From a virus, in the IMG/VR virus record IMGVR_UViG_3300050821_004383, positions 1-64,000 of that record: DNA of 64,000 nucleotides; one strand, given 5' to 3'. Both the position numbers and the translations under genes were made by a program. The notes beneath the pieces were generated by a model. The model was not told where the DNA came from and did no database searches. It saw only the letters and a list, made by a program, of their open reading frames with translations. Of this stretch, positions 35,334-44,476 are shown in pieces (positions within the stretch are counted from its first letter, which is position 1; each line of letters starts with the position of its first letter).

Positions 35334-35334
35334 C

Positions 35335-35448
35335 TCAAGTCCAAGGTAGAACGTACTCGGTGTAAATCACTAGAACAGCGAAAATAATCATGACGACCAC
35401 AGCGATAGCGCCGAGAACTACGAGTCCACCGAGAGCAATCTTCTTCAT
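35335..35448 (-). CDS. Small membrane peptide
   Basis: Own translation MKKIALGGLVVLGAIAVVVMIIFAVLVIYTEYVLPWT. Confidence 0.5.
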   Translation of the reverse strand: MKKIALGGLVVLGAIAVVVMIIFAVLVIYTEYVLPWT

Positions 35449-35627
35449 GACTTCTTGTGCTCCACGAGCCTTCCGCCTGTGAGAGAACCGGGGTCCTTCC
35501 CACGCATGATGGCACGCATCGAACTGCCCTTGTATTCGTAAACTCTGTGTCCGTCCGGATTCTCGAAGGTGACGCGGACTGTGTTGTTGTCAATCTTCTC
35601 TTTCGAGAGAATGTTCTTCTTGCTCAT
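35445..35627 (-). CDS. Hypothetical protein
   Basis: 60 aa, translationally coupled. Confidence 0.55.
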   Translation of the reverse strand: MSKKNILSKEKIDNNTVRVTFENPDGHRVYEYKGSSMRAIMRGKDPGSLTGGRLVEHKKS

Positions 35628-35767
35628 TGTCGGAGCCTGTTAGACATCTGCACGAGTTCGTGAAGAGTCATCTCGTCTGGGAGTTCGTTGAAGTCCACGC
35701 CGAGGTCGAGCAATTCCTCGAAGAGTTCTTCAACGTCTTCTGAGGAATAAATGTCTTTGTACTTCAT
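35624..35767 (-). CDS. Small acidic protein
   Basis: Own translation MKYKDIYSSEDVEELFEELLDLGVDFNELPDEM... Confidence 0.5.
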   Translation of the reverse strand: MKYKDIYSSEDVEELFEELLDLGVDFNELPDEMTLHELVQMSNRLRQ

Positions 35768-36015
35768 GCGAGTGCTCTCTGGTAGAAGACGAACCACTTA
35801 GTGATTCTGGGTTCTTCTCCGCGCGTCTTCAACCACATCTTCTCGCCGGGTCGGAGAACGTAAACGGCCTTGTCGTGGGTTAGTTCCACTTCATGCTTGC
35901 CGACGTTGTGGAACTGGAACTGCTTTCTAAAGTCGCTCGGGTCCATAGTGACGGTGCACTGGACTCCTGCGTCCCAACAAATGTTATTGAACTCTTTCGA
36001 GACGTAATCAGGCAC
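35764..36015 (-). CDS. Hypothetical protein
   Basis: 83 aa, coupled. Confidence 0.55.
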   Translation of the reverse strand: MPDYVSKEFNNICWDAGVQCTVTMDPSDFRKQFQFHNVGKHEVELTHDKAVYVLRPGEKMWLKTRGEEPRITKWFVFYQRALA

Positions 36016-36304
36016 GGGAGGTCTCGGACAAGAATCTGTAACTCTGTCCGGCTCGGTGACTTAACTCAGCGGCGGCTTCCGCCACGGAGTCGTCTATCGC
36101 GGACGCAAGAGCGAAGCTGGAGAAGTTCGCGTAATCCGCGTAGCCGCTAATGACAGCGTCCTGCCCCATGATGTACGTTGTGTACGCCGCTGGTGCAGCA
36201 ACGGGTGCCACGCAAGCGGGTCCCTCGGAAAGGAGGATGCTTGGGGCGACTGCGGCCCCCACTGCTCCCACCCCTAGCCATTGAAGGAACTTGCGGCGGT
36301 TCAC
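36008..36304 (-). CDS. Tat-signal protein made of major-capsid-like fragments
   Basis: MNRRKFL twin-arginine motif; 19/31 aa identical to a segment of the capsid protein at 8398-9423. Confidence 0.75.
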   Translation of the reverse strand: MNRRKFLQWLGVGAVGAAVAPSILLSEGPACVAPVAAPAAYTTYIMGQDAVISGYADYANFSSFALASAIDDSVAEAAAELSHRAGQSYRFLSETSRA

Positions 36305-36921
36305 GGTCTCGGTGCCTTCGGTCGTCCTAGGAGAAACGCGGATTGCGCTTCACGAAGGTCGTTAAGAAGTTCAGCCTCTGCTTCCAATCTTTGAACTCGC
36401 GATTCCAAATCTGTAGTCGTGTCGTAAACGCCGGACAACTTCTTGTTGACCCAAACGTGGTCGGACGGCATCGACGGCGCTGGTGCTGGGTTGCCCAGCG
36501 ACTTCTCAATCTTGGTAACACGCGCTTCCACGCCTACCATGTGCTGGTAAGCAGCGTTTCCTACGCCGACCTGACTTTCAACTTGGCCGACGCGCTCGTT
36601 CAAGCGCTGAATCTGTTTCAACAGCGCTTCCACATCTTTGCGAACTTGGTCGAAACCCTTCTGGGTCGATTCGCGGAGATTGACCAGCGATTGAACGTTA
36701 GACTGGTCGCGGAGGGTCTGCGCGGTCTCTCGCTTGTCGTTCACAGCGATGGCTTCATTCAGCTTCACGAGAATCTCTTCTTCTCGTTTGAATGATAGTT
36801 TCGCTACATCGATAACTCGGCTTTCTACCGCACGAATCTCGTCGGTGTTAGCGGCAGTTTTGCCGATTAAATCGAATACCAAGTCGATGATAGATGGCTT
36901 GGGGGTCTTCTTGTTTGACAT
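36301..36921 (-). CDS. Coiled-coil protein
   Basis: 206 aa with heptad pattern. Confidence 0.65.
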   Translation of the reverse strand: MSNKKTPKPSIIDLVFDLIGKTAANTDEIRAVESRVIDVAKLSFKREEEILVKLNEAIAVNDKRETAQTLRDQSNVQSLVNLRESTQKGFDQVRKDVEALLKQIQRLNERVGQVESQVGVGNAAYQHMVGVEARVTKIEKSLGNPAPAPSMPSDHVWVNKKLSGVYDTTTDLESRVQRLEAEAELLNDLREAQSAFLLGRPKAPRP

Positions 36922-36933
36922 TGGGTACGTCCT

Positions 36934-37626
36934 TTACTTTCCGCTTTTGCGGGATTGGGTCTTACGTGACTTTCGAATCTTGGTGTTTCTCTTAATGGGT
37001 TCGGGGTCGAAACCGCGAACACGATTCTCGGGAATCAGTGTAGACGGCTTACTCATTGCCTTCTCTCGCTGGCGCAAGTGGCGTAGCTTAATGCCACGCT
37101 CCACGATTGATTCCGGTGCTTCCTTCGGGTCCGGGTGTGGAAGAAGTGCGCCGAGGATTGGGTCGTCCGCCTTGATGCGTCCGTTTTCCAAACCTTGGGT
37201 GATGCTCTTCCAAAACAGGTCGGTCGATTCTTTGATGCGCTGACGGTACTCGTCTGAGTAGGTCGGCACGGGTCCCGGGTCTCTCTTACCGCTTGCTACC
37301 TCGGAACTGGCACGGGTGTTGGAACTGGGAAGGTCGTACAACTGATTGAAGGCGTTGACCAAGTCTTTCTGGTCGGAGCGAGCCTTCAAACCACAGTTGT
37401 ACAAACACTTGACTTCGGTGACACCGTTAGGGAACGTGAAGACGCTGAGGTTGTAGTCTTTCCCTATTCCGTTCAAAGAACTGCGACGACCGCCGCCCTT
37501 CAAGTGGGTGCAAGCGAACCTGAGTTTGCTTTTGAACTGTTCGAGGACGTTCGCGAGGGAATACTTCCCCGGCGCAACCCTTTCCAACTGTTCTAGGAGG
37601 AACTGCTCAACTGTCTGTGTTGCCAT
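36934..37626 (-). CDS. Hypothetical protein, paralogue of 6593-7141
   Basis: 'ACTHLKGG...KD....FTF..G...KC...SSN..ASSE'. Confidence 0.65.
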   Translation of the reverse strand: MATQTVEQFLLEQLERVAPGKYSLANVLEQFKSKLRFACTHLKGGGRRSSLNGIGKDYNLSVFTFPNGVTEVKCLYNCGLKARSDQKDLVNAFNQLYDLPSSNTRASSEVASGKRDPGPVPTYSDEYRQRIKESTDLFWKSITQGLENGRIKADDPILGALLPHPDPKEAPESIVERGIKLRHLRQREKAMSKPSTLIPENRVRGFDPEPIKRNTKIRKSRKTQSRKSGK

Positions 37627-38571
37627 TGGGTGCTTCCTATCCGGCGAACCGGGATTGGTACTTCATCGGTACTGCTAGCCCCGCTGTGCGGGTATAAGGT
37701 CTTAGCTCAAAAAGTGTAGTACACTGTAATCCGTTGTTAGTGACGACACGTACGTGTCACGACGTATTTGCAATCCGACCCGGGTATCTGCCGGGGGACC
37801 CTAGTCACGTGACGGGTAGCGGTGTAGAGCGGGGTTGCCACGTAAACGTCTACGAGCCAGCGAAGCCGCCTAGGGGCGACTACGGCATGCCAACCACCTA
37901 CCCCCTACGATTGGCCCTCGACGTGCTGGGGGAGCAAATTTTCTACCAAACTCTAACTCATTGAAAACAAATAACATCATGTTTCGCTGCGAGTTCGCTG
38001 TCGGCTCGACACCTCAGTTCGTTGCGCGTTGCAAATCGTTGCAAGGAGGGTTGGCGGTTAATAAGGCATTAACCGTCAAAGGCCCGAAAGAGCGCTAAGT
38101 CGCTGATAATAAAGGCTTTCAGGTTTGGCAAGCCGATTGCTGGGGGAGCAAATTCGTTGCCAAACTTGCAAACTGTTGAAAATAAAGGATTTGTTGGAGA
38201 AATTTTCGTTCTTAAGATTTCGCTGGCAATCACTCGCGCGATACTCGGTCGAGTCACTGGCTTGTAAGTGATTGATTGTGTTGAGGTTGTTGGTGAGTTC
38301 GAGCGTTTAAGTTTGGGTTGATTCTGACTGAATCGTCACCCGAGACGGTCACCATCTTCCTTCCATAGGTAGCTGCTAACTGCCTCATTGATTTTATCTT
38401 CATTGTTGTCATCGTGTTATAGACTATGCTTCGAACGAGCCTTGATAACACTTCGAAGCCCAGGCCGGGAATCAAGCGTGTCACTCGCCTGCCGTTCGAT
38501 TGTGTCATAGTGTCATAATTGTGTCATAAATGACCTTTTTGGCACTTAACCTTATGAATCAACTGGTCTTA

Positions 38572-38797
38572 CACGAATAGTGTCATACGAAAAGGGCTGT
38601 TGCAGGTATTACGCGGCGTGCAAACTGATATCATTTCGAAAATAGAACCTTGATTTATATAATATATGATTTTTCATATTATTCTTCTGAATGTAACACC
38701 CCCCTCAAACTGATATCATTTCGAGGTGCAAACTGATATCATTTGTGCGCTCGCCTGTAATACCTGCAAACGGCATTTTCGTATGACACAATTCGTG
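38572..38797. repeat. Imperfect ~47-bp inverted repeat flanking an AT-rich core (origin-like)
   Basis: CACGAATAGTGTCATACGAAAA..TTGCAGGTATTAC vs GTAATACCTGCAA..TTTTCGTATGACACAATTCGTG. Confidence 0.8.
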
Positions 38798-39090
38798 CAA
38801 CTCTTGTAGAATGAGCACTATAAGCCACAAAAATAGTGTCATACAGCATCCATGACAGAATGACAGAATAGCCTAGATGACACGCAAACTGATATCATTG
38901 TGCGTCCAAACTGATATCATTGTGCGTCCAAACTGATATCATTGTGCGTCCAAACTGATATCATTGTGCGTCCAAACTGATATCAGTTTACGCGTGACCC
39001 CAACACCTGCACCCGCGTCAGTGACCCTCTCAAACTGATATCAGTTCGCGTACCAAGCCGCATTTCGTGCTTGACACTGATATCAGTTTC
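38621..39090. repeat. Ten copies of (CAA)ACTGATATCA, including a 22-bp tandem array (iterons/operators)
   Basis: Copies at 38621, 38706, 38729, 38885, 38907, 38929, 38951, 38973, 39031, ~39075; full palindrome AAACTGATATCAGTTT. Confidence 0.9.
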
Positions 39091-39100
39091 GTGCTATGCT
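39071..39100 (+). promoter_or_regulatory. Rightward sigma70 promoter with repeat in the spacer
   Basis: TTGACA-18-TATGCT with TG extension; spacer is CTGATATCAG. Confidence 0.75.
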
Positions 39101-39119
39101 CCCGGTCGGAGGTGAGATT

Positions 39120-39287
39120 ATGGCCCGCACAGTGAAGAAGGACCAGGACCCCGTCACCCGTGAGTTTACCGTGGTGGACACGCAAACGAAGCTGATTCTC
39201 TTTCGCTCCCAGGAGCGATACGAGCGAGACAGGTTTTTCATGCAAGAGTGTAAGCGTCGCATCGCCCGAGAAAGAGAGCAACCATGA
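39120..39287 (+). CDS. Hypothetical protein
   Basis: GGAGG RBS, start MARTVKK. Confidence 0.55.
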   Translation: MARTVKKDQDPVTREFTVVDTQTKLILFRSQERYERDRFFMQECKRRIAREREQP

Positions 39288-39454
39288 CACGCGTGTTGCT
39301 CCAATTCACTCCCGAGATGCTCTCCCGACTAAAACGCCAAGCGGAATTGAAGGGCACGACGCTGGCCGGATTGGTTCGCGTCATCTTGGAGAACTGGCTC
39401 GATGGAAAGTACCAGACCCCGAGTACCACTCAAAATGAACCGAAAGTACTATAG
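39284..39454 (+). CDS. Ribbon-helix-helix (CopG-like) DNA-binding protein
   Basis: Own translation MTRVLLQFTPEMLSRLKRQAELKGTTLAGLVRVILENWL... Confidence 0.7.
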   Translation: MTRVLLQFTPEMLSRLKRQAELKGTTLAGLVRVILENWLDGKYQTPSTTQNEPKVL

Positions 39455-39498
39455 GTTCTAATCCAGGCTGTGATAGACTAAGCGTGTTGGAGGACAGC

Positions 39499-40065
39499 AT
39501 GATTAGCAAACAGACGGACGCAGGCCGCAACCAATCACACCCCACCGAGCGGAACGATTGCACCGTGGTAGCGCTAGCGAATGCCGCTGGAATATCTTAT
39601 AGGGAAGCGCACGAGTTTGCATTCCAGGTCGGACGCCGCCACGGTCATGGATTGAAGAAAGAAGCGATTAGAACCATGCTGCGCAACGTGGACATCTCAG
39701 GAGTAGCGACCGCGCGCGAGTTGGCAACCATAGCGCCCGTGTTTCACATTCACAACAGTGAGAGCATATACGGATATCGCCGCCGCGCACGCCGGACTGG
39801 TATCTCGGTCGCATCCTACCTCGCGACGCTGCCGAAGAAAGGCCGATTCTATCTAGGCTGCACCTCACACGCGTTCGCTTACGTAGACGGCGTAGTGGTG
39901 GACAATCTGAGCAGGCCCAGGACTCGCGCTATCATGCTCCTCGCTTATGAGATTGTCCCGACTGTGAAGAAGGCGGAGACGGTCTCGCCGTCTATCACTC
40001 AACCCCAGATTAACGAGTTGTGGGAGAGACTGAACAAGCTGGAAGCACAAAGGAGAGCATCATGA
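39499..40065 (+). CDS. Early protein, possible papain-like fold
   Basis: 'NDCTVVALANA...HAFAYVDG..VD' Cys/His/Asp pattern. Confidence 0.5.
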   Translation: MISKQTDAGRNQSHPTERNDCTVVALANAAGISYREAHEFAFQVGRRHGHGLKKEAIRTMLRNVDISGVATARELATIAPVFHIHNSESIYGYRRRARRTGISVASYLATLPKKGRFYLGCTSHAFAYVDGVVVDNLSRPRTRAIMLLAYEIVPTVKKAETVSPSITQPQINELWERLNKLEAQRRAS

Positions 40066-40213
40066 ACATTCGCCGCATGTGGATAAACCAGCCTTCAACG
40101 TCGCAGCCACTTCATCATCTGCACGGGACAAACGTGCTAGCGGTCGAGGACGACCGTGGAGCCATCAAAGAACGACCCCAAGTTTGGATTCTATAAGCGC
40201 CCGAAGCTGAGCG

Positions 40214-40262
40214 GTACCAGTACGGAAGTACCATTGACCTGAAACTCGACTCGCGGTACACT
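40214..40262 (+). promoter_or_regulatory. Early promoter with GTAC-triplet upstream motif
   Basis: GTACCAGTACGGAAGTACCA-TTGACC-17-TACACT. Confidence 0.75.
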
Positions 40263-40283
40263 TTAAACATGGAGGCAACACCA

Positions 40284-40481
40284 ATGATGGGAGCGAGCTA
40301 CAAGACGAAGAAAGAACTCAAGGCCGCAGTCGGACAGCCGCTGCGATATATCGAGACCAGTTTCTTCGGTCCCGAGTTTAAAGAGAACGGCACGTTTTGT
40401 GTCGTTGGTCCTTCACCCGAGAAGCGCGTTTGGTTCGCATCCGTAACGATGGAGAACGGTCTAATCAAAAAGGTGTCGTAA
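40284..40481 (+). CDS. Hypothetical protein
   Basis: GGAGG RBS; 'YKTKKELKAAVGQPLRYIETSFFG'. Confidence 0.6.
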   Translation: MMGASYKTKKELKAAVGQPLRYIETSFFGPEFKENGTFCVVGPSPEKRVWFASVTMENGLIKKVS

Positions 40482-40693
40482 TGACTCACACTTTCACATT
40501 CCCGTGCACCGCAGAGGGGAGTCTTCAACGGACTCTCCTCGCTATCAACCTGCAAAAGGTAGGGCACACGACCGAGAACAAAGAGGTAACGGTCGCTGGC
40601 ACCGTGCTCCTGGTCTTGGAGGTTACAGGCAAAAGGGCAGGCGAGGGTCTGATTGCCCTTAATATGAAAGCGAGGAAACATGGGAATCGTTAA
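40481..40693 (+). CDS. Hypothetical protein
   Basis: Coupled start MTHTF. Confidence 0.45.
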   Translation: MTHTFTFPCTAEGSLQRTLLAINLQKVGHTTENKEVTVAGTVLLVLEVTGKRAGEGLIALNMKARKHGNR

Positions 40694-40871
40694 CCCACGT
40701 CCCGCAATGAGAGCAGGCGAGGAGCGACGCCTTCGCAGCACTCTTCAACAGCACCAAGAACTGCGCACCCAGATTCGAGAAGCAGGCGCGGAGGACAGCG
40801 TCGCATCTAAGATAGCGTTCGACATCGTTACCACGCACGCGAAACGGAAAGCAATCTGGGGGGCAAAGTGA
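40680..40871 (+). CDS. Hypothetical protein
   Basis: 63 aa in operon. Confidence 0.5.
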   Translation: MGIVNPRPAMRAGEERRLRSTLQQHQELRTQIREAGAEDSVASKIAFDIVTTHAKRKAIWGAK

Positions 40872-41194
40872 AACTACTCACGGCAGAAATTATCAAGCGT
40901 TTGGAAAAGACCCCGTTGTACTCGACCGAGAACCAGGACGTGGCACCTGTCCTCGTGAAATTTTTCAACCCCTGCGGCGCTGGCACGTGGTACGCGCTGG
41001 AAGCGGAGAAGCAAGAGGACGGCGACTGGCTGTTCTTCGGGCTGTGCGAAATTCACGAGAAAGAACTCGGCTACTTCACCTTGAGTGAATTGCAATCTGT
41101 CTGCCTGCGATTCGGTCTCAGCATTGAGCGCGATATGTACTTCGATGGTATGGTGGTGGACAAGACAACGAACGACGTACGGAGAGCATCATGA
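40868..41194 (+). CDS. DUF2958-like protein
   Basis: 'VKFFNP.GAGTWY...FFGLC...ELGYFTLSEL...IERD.YF'. Confidence 0.8.
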   Translation: MKLLTAEIIKRLEKTPLYSTENQDVAPVLVKFFNPCGAGTWYALEAEKQEDGDWLFFGLCEIHEKELGYFTLSELQSVCLRFGLSIERDMYFDGMVVDKTTNDVRRAS

Positions 41195-41427
41195 CATTCC
41201 TAATTGTGATTCGAAACATAGAGACGAACGAGAAGCGCACCTTCGAAGTCGGCATTGACCCTAACCGCGTTAATCTAAGTCAGGAGTCGGATGCTGTCTT
41301 TGCGATTCGTTCTCAGTACGGATTCTGGGACCGTCAGAAGTATCGCCTGCACAGTCTTCGCGTTATTCCAAACGGTATCATGGAGCATGACAAGGTCGAG
41401 GAACTGAAAACATATGGAGGCATCTAA
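41191..41427 (+). CDS. Hypothetical protein
   Basis: Coupled ORF. Confidence 0.55.
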   Translation: MTFLIVIRNIETNEKRTFEVGIDPNRVNLSQESDAVFAIRSQYGFWDRQKYRLHSLRVIPNGIMEHDKVEELKTYGGI

Positions 41428-41714
41428 TGGCACTCTGCGAAAGTTGTAAGATGCAAATACCTACAATGGAAAAGCGCCTGCGTCTCGTGAATAATACTCT
41501 CTGGCAATTAGGATTGGAGTATCACAAACATCTTCCAGTGCACGCGTTGGATTATATCCTAACTTCTCACGGGTTCAATCCTACATCCGTGTGGACATTT
41601 CAACCAGGGGGAGAAGTTCGAATCCACGAAGAAGTTGGTGAAGGAAAATGGTTGTCGGTCGCAGCACACAAGATGGACTCAGGACTCTGGGAAGTAACAG
41701 CCTACGTAAACTAG
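41427..41714 (+). CDS. Hypothetical protein
   Basis: Coupled ORF. Confidence 0.55.
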   Translation: MALCESCKMQIPTMEKRLRLVNNTLWQLGLEYHKHLPVHALDYILTSHGFNPTSVWTFQPGGEVRIHEEVGEGKWLSVAAHKMDSGLWEVTAYVN

Positions 41715-41722
41715 GAGGAGGA

Positions 41723-42193
41723 ATGCACCTGCACGCTATCTGGCTCGAAAATGCAATCGTGATAGACAACGCGAAGCACGCCGTTAAAAAGGCGGTCGAG
41801 GTATTGAAGGAGAGCAAGGTCGAATTTGATACCATTGCGTTCTCCGGTATGAGCGGAGCGCTGTTCGCTACTCCCCTAGCGCACCGCATGAACAAGGAAA
41901 TGATTCTGGTGCGCAAGAGCAGCGACCAGAGACATAGCTGTCACAGCGTGGAAGGATATCAGGCGGCAAAGCGAGTGCTAATTGTCGATGATATTTGCGC
42001 CAGTGGCACCACGGTGAAACACATCATAGCGGGCATTAGAGCGCACTGCAACGGACCCGTTAAGATTGTGGGAGCATACTTCTACGGAGAAGGCCGAGGC
42101 GCGTGGGGAAGCCCGGTCGGATTCGTGGAAAAGATTCACATAAATACAGAAGGTCTTATTCCTACAATCATTGACATCGAGGTGAGCCAGTGA
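41723..42193 (+). CDS. Type I phosphoribosyltransferase
   Basis: PRPP-binding motif 'VLIVDDICASGTT'; 'LVRK'. Confidence 0.85.
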   Translation: MHLHAIWLENAIVIDNAKHAVKKAVEVLKESKVEFDTIAFSGMSGALFATPLAHRMNKEMILVRKSSDQRHSCHSVEGYQAAKRVLIVDDICASGTTVKHIIAGIRAHCNGPVKIVGAYFYGEGRGAWGSPVGFVEKIHINTEGLIPTIIDIEVSQ

Positions 42194-42477
42194 ACAGCAA
42201 GCGCCTAGCCCTGCTGTTCATTTTCAAACTCGGATGCATCGCGACCACAGATTGGTTCAACGCGCACCGTGTAACGATTGGTCTAGTGCTCTTATGGTTA
42301 GCGTGTATGCCAACACAAACCGCGCTCACCGTAGTGAAGGCCAGTAACCCGATGCCGCGCTATTTCGAGGGCTATCTTCCAATCCCAGGACCCAGGCCGG
42401 AAGATTGCATCGCGGTACCGCTAGCGAACCCGAAGCCACAAGACACCGTGGGATATCATCTGGACATCACGACCTAG
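42190..42477 (+). CDS. Membrane protein
   Basis: Hydrophobic N-terminal half. Confidence 0.45.
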   Translation: MNSKRLALLFIFKLGCIATTDWFNAHRVTIGLVLLWLACMPTQTALTVVKASNPMPRYFEGYLPIPGPRPEDCIAVPLANPKPQDTVGYHLDITT

Positions 42478-42525
42478 TACTAGTACGTTTTTGTTGTTGA
42501 CACGGTTTCGCATCTGTGAGAGGAT
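42477..42525 (+). promoter_or_regulatory. Early promoter with GTAC motif
   Basis: GTACTAGTAC...TTGACA-17-GAGGAT with TG extension. Confidence 0.6.
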
Positions 42526-42531
42526 AACGAC

Positions 42532-42903
42532 ATGGCACGCAAACACATTCAACAGATGAACCAATTGGAACGCGCATTCATTCACGGGTATCTGCGCAGT
42601 CCGAAGCGCGACTACCACGCGACTACCTCACACTTTCGGGACCGCGCAAGCGAGCGCGTATTCAGCGTACAAGACGCCGTGAACGCACTTCGCAACGGAT
42701 TGGTAGTCGAGGTCCACAACGACCGTGCGCCCTCCCTGCGTGCCCTGGTACGCGATTCTAAGGGCACCTGCGTCATCGTGGAACTGCAAACGGGTCTCAT
42801 TATCAGCGTGTACTACAATTCACCGGATGATAAGCACGAGACGCTAAATTGGGCACCGTACCGATGGACCCAGGACATCGTCGCGCTGGTGAAGGGACTA
42901 TGA
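42532..42903 (+). CDS. Hypothetical protein (DUF4258-like)
   Basis: 'TSHFRDRASER..S..D....L..G.VVE', 'IISVY.N'. Confidence 0.55.
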   Translation: MARKHIQQMNQLERAFIHGYLRSPKRDYHATTSHFRDRASERVFSVQDAVNALRNGLVVEVHNDRAPSLRALVRDSKGTCVIVELQTGLIISVYYNSPDDKHETLNWAPYRWTQDIVALVKGL

Positions 42904-43004
42904 AAATGGATTGGCTCGACTGGCTCGATTCGTATCACGACGAGTTGATTATCAGCGTCCTGGCGCTCACCGTGATATGGTACTTTCTGCAATAGGAGCG
43001 TACG

Positions 43005-43238
43005 ATGAATATCAGACAGACAATCATTAAACTGCTCACCCGCTACTTGCCTGAGCATATCATCATGCACTTGTACCACGAGTTGGAACTGGAAGCGAAT
43101 CATTACGAAACCGTGGGAGCGCCGATTCGCGCGGCATACATTCGTCGTCAGGTTGCGGTACTACACGAGACCGAGAAGAAGTTGAACGAACTCCCGTACC
43201 AGTACGAAAGTACTATTGACGCGAAACCCAAACCGTGA
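43005..43238 (+). CDS. Hypothetical protein
   Basis: AGGAG RBS. Confidence 0.5.
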   Translation: MNIRQTIIKLLTRYLPEHIIMHLYHELELEANHYETVGAPIRAAYIRRQVAVLHETEKKLNELPYQYESTIDAKPKP

Positions 43239-43244
43239 GATACT
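43196..43244 (+). promoter_or_regulatory. Early promoter with GTAC-triplet motif
   Basis: GTACCAGTACGAAAGTACTA-TTGACG-17-GATACT with TG extension. Confidence 0.75.
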
Positions 43245-43420
43245 TTGAACATGGAGGACACGCAAATGCTCAAAGGGCAAGCAATCTGCAAGGACTGCGG
43301 CAACGGAACTTTGAACAACGAATTGCTGGAACGGTTCGCTGTAGACGAGGTTAACGGAGTTTATTGCGTTCAGTGCGGTGGAAACCACATCGACGGCGAG
43401 TTGTACGAAGGGGGTGAGTA

Positions 43421-43669
43421 ATGTTCACCATATACCATAACGCAACGCGCGGCGGATTGTACAGCATCGCGCTCCTCTTGCACGAGGATGGCACGTACTG
43501 CATCCAAGAATACAAGCGCACGAATTTGCAAGGTGTCGCGTGGCTCGGACAGAAGAGTGCCGTTGACGCGGTCACCGAGTATAACAAGCGAATCGATGAT
43601 TCCGCGAAGTACGATGGCATCTTCTACACCAAGGACTTGAAACCAATCCTGGACGGCGGGGTACTCTAA
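43421..43669 (+). CDS. Hypothetical protein
   Basis: 82 aa. Confidence 0.5.
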   Translation: MFTIYHNATRGGLYSIALLLHEDGTYCIQEYKRTNLQGVAWLGQKSAVDAVTEYNKRIDDSAKYDGIFYTKDLKPILDGGVL

Positions 43670-43844
43670 TGACACGCGGCGAACGTTACCAAGTACGCGC
43701 TAAAATTTCAATACTGTACCGGGAAGCGAACCTCTTCGAGGACCGTGCCAGCGAAGAAGGCCGCGTAAAGGCCCAGGCGCTGCGCCACGAGGCTAACGCG
43801 TTGAACGACGGACTCAAGGCAACGATGATGAAAGTGAGGTCACT

Positions 43845-44231
43845 GTGAACACTATCGAAAACGCACCCGTACTCGACCTGGACAAGGTTCTGTATTTTAG
43901 CAGAGGCTTGAAGCCCTCACCCCGGACAATCCGGGAGCGCCGGGTAGTGTGGAACCTTTTCAAACACCTCCTAGCCGATGGCTGGCATATTGCATCCGTC
44001 TACGACGGCGACGATTACGTGAAGGTCACGGACCCGAAGTCGGCATTAGAGATTATCTTCAACCTGGATGACACGACCGTTTCTTTCGTGAAAGCGGGAG
44101 CACAAAGGCACGGCGTCAAGCTGGTGCTGGGTAATGACCTGGATGTTATCAGTGACTGGTATTTCAGCGCTGGCGACCCGGACGGTTTCAGCGCAACGAT
44201 GGACAAATTCGACGCGGAGGTGTGCGCATGA
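43845..44231 (+). CDS. Hypothetical protein
   Basis: 128 aa. Confidence 0.6.
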   Translation: MNTIENAPVLDLDKVLYFSRGLKPSPRTIRERRVVWNLFKHLLADGWHIASVYDGDDYVKVTDPKSALEIIFNLDDTTVSFVKAGAQRHGVKLVLGNDLDVISDWYFSAGDPDGFSATMDKFDAEVCA

Positions 44232-44476
44232 ACGAATCAACACTCAGTCCTTTTCAAGCAGTAACCATTCGCCACAAGATTCGCGGCGCATACGAGGAGC
44301 GCATCAACGAACTAAAGGCGATTCGAGCGCGTCACGTCGAGAGACTTATCGACGGCGGGTCAGACTTAACCCGCGTCAACCTTCTACGCACGCTGATTCG
44401 AGATATCGACACCCAAGTTAAAAACCACGAGCAGATGCGGGTCGTGATTCTCGCGGAAATCGAGGTGCCAGAGTGA
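44228..44476 (+). CDS. Helical hypothetical protein
   Basis: Coupled ORF. Confidence 0.5.
   Translation: MNESTLSPFQAVTIRHKIRGAYEERINELKAIRARHVERLIDGGSDLTRVNLLRTLIRDIDTQVKNHEQMRVVILAEIEVPE

Noticed and set aside
38885-38990. Possible CRISPR array
   Set aside because: Identical 22-bp units are directly adjacent with no unique spacers, and there are no cas genes.
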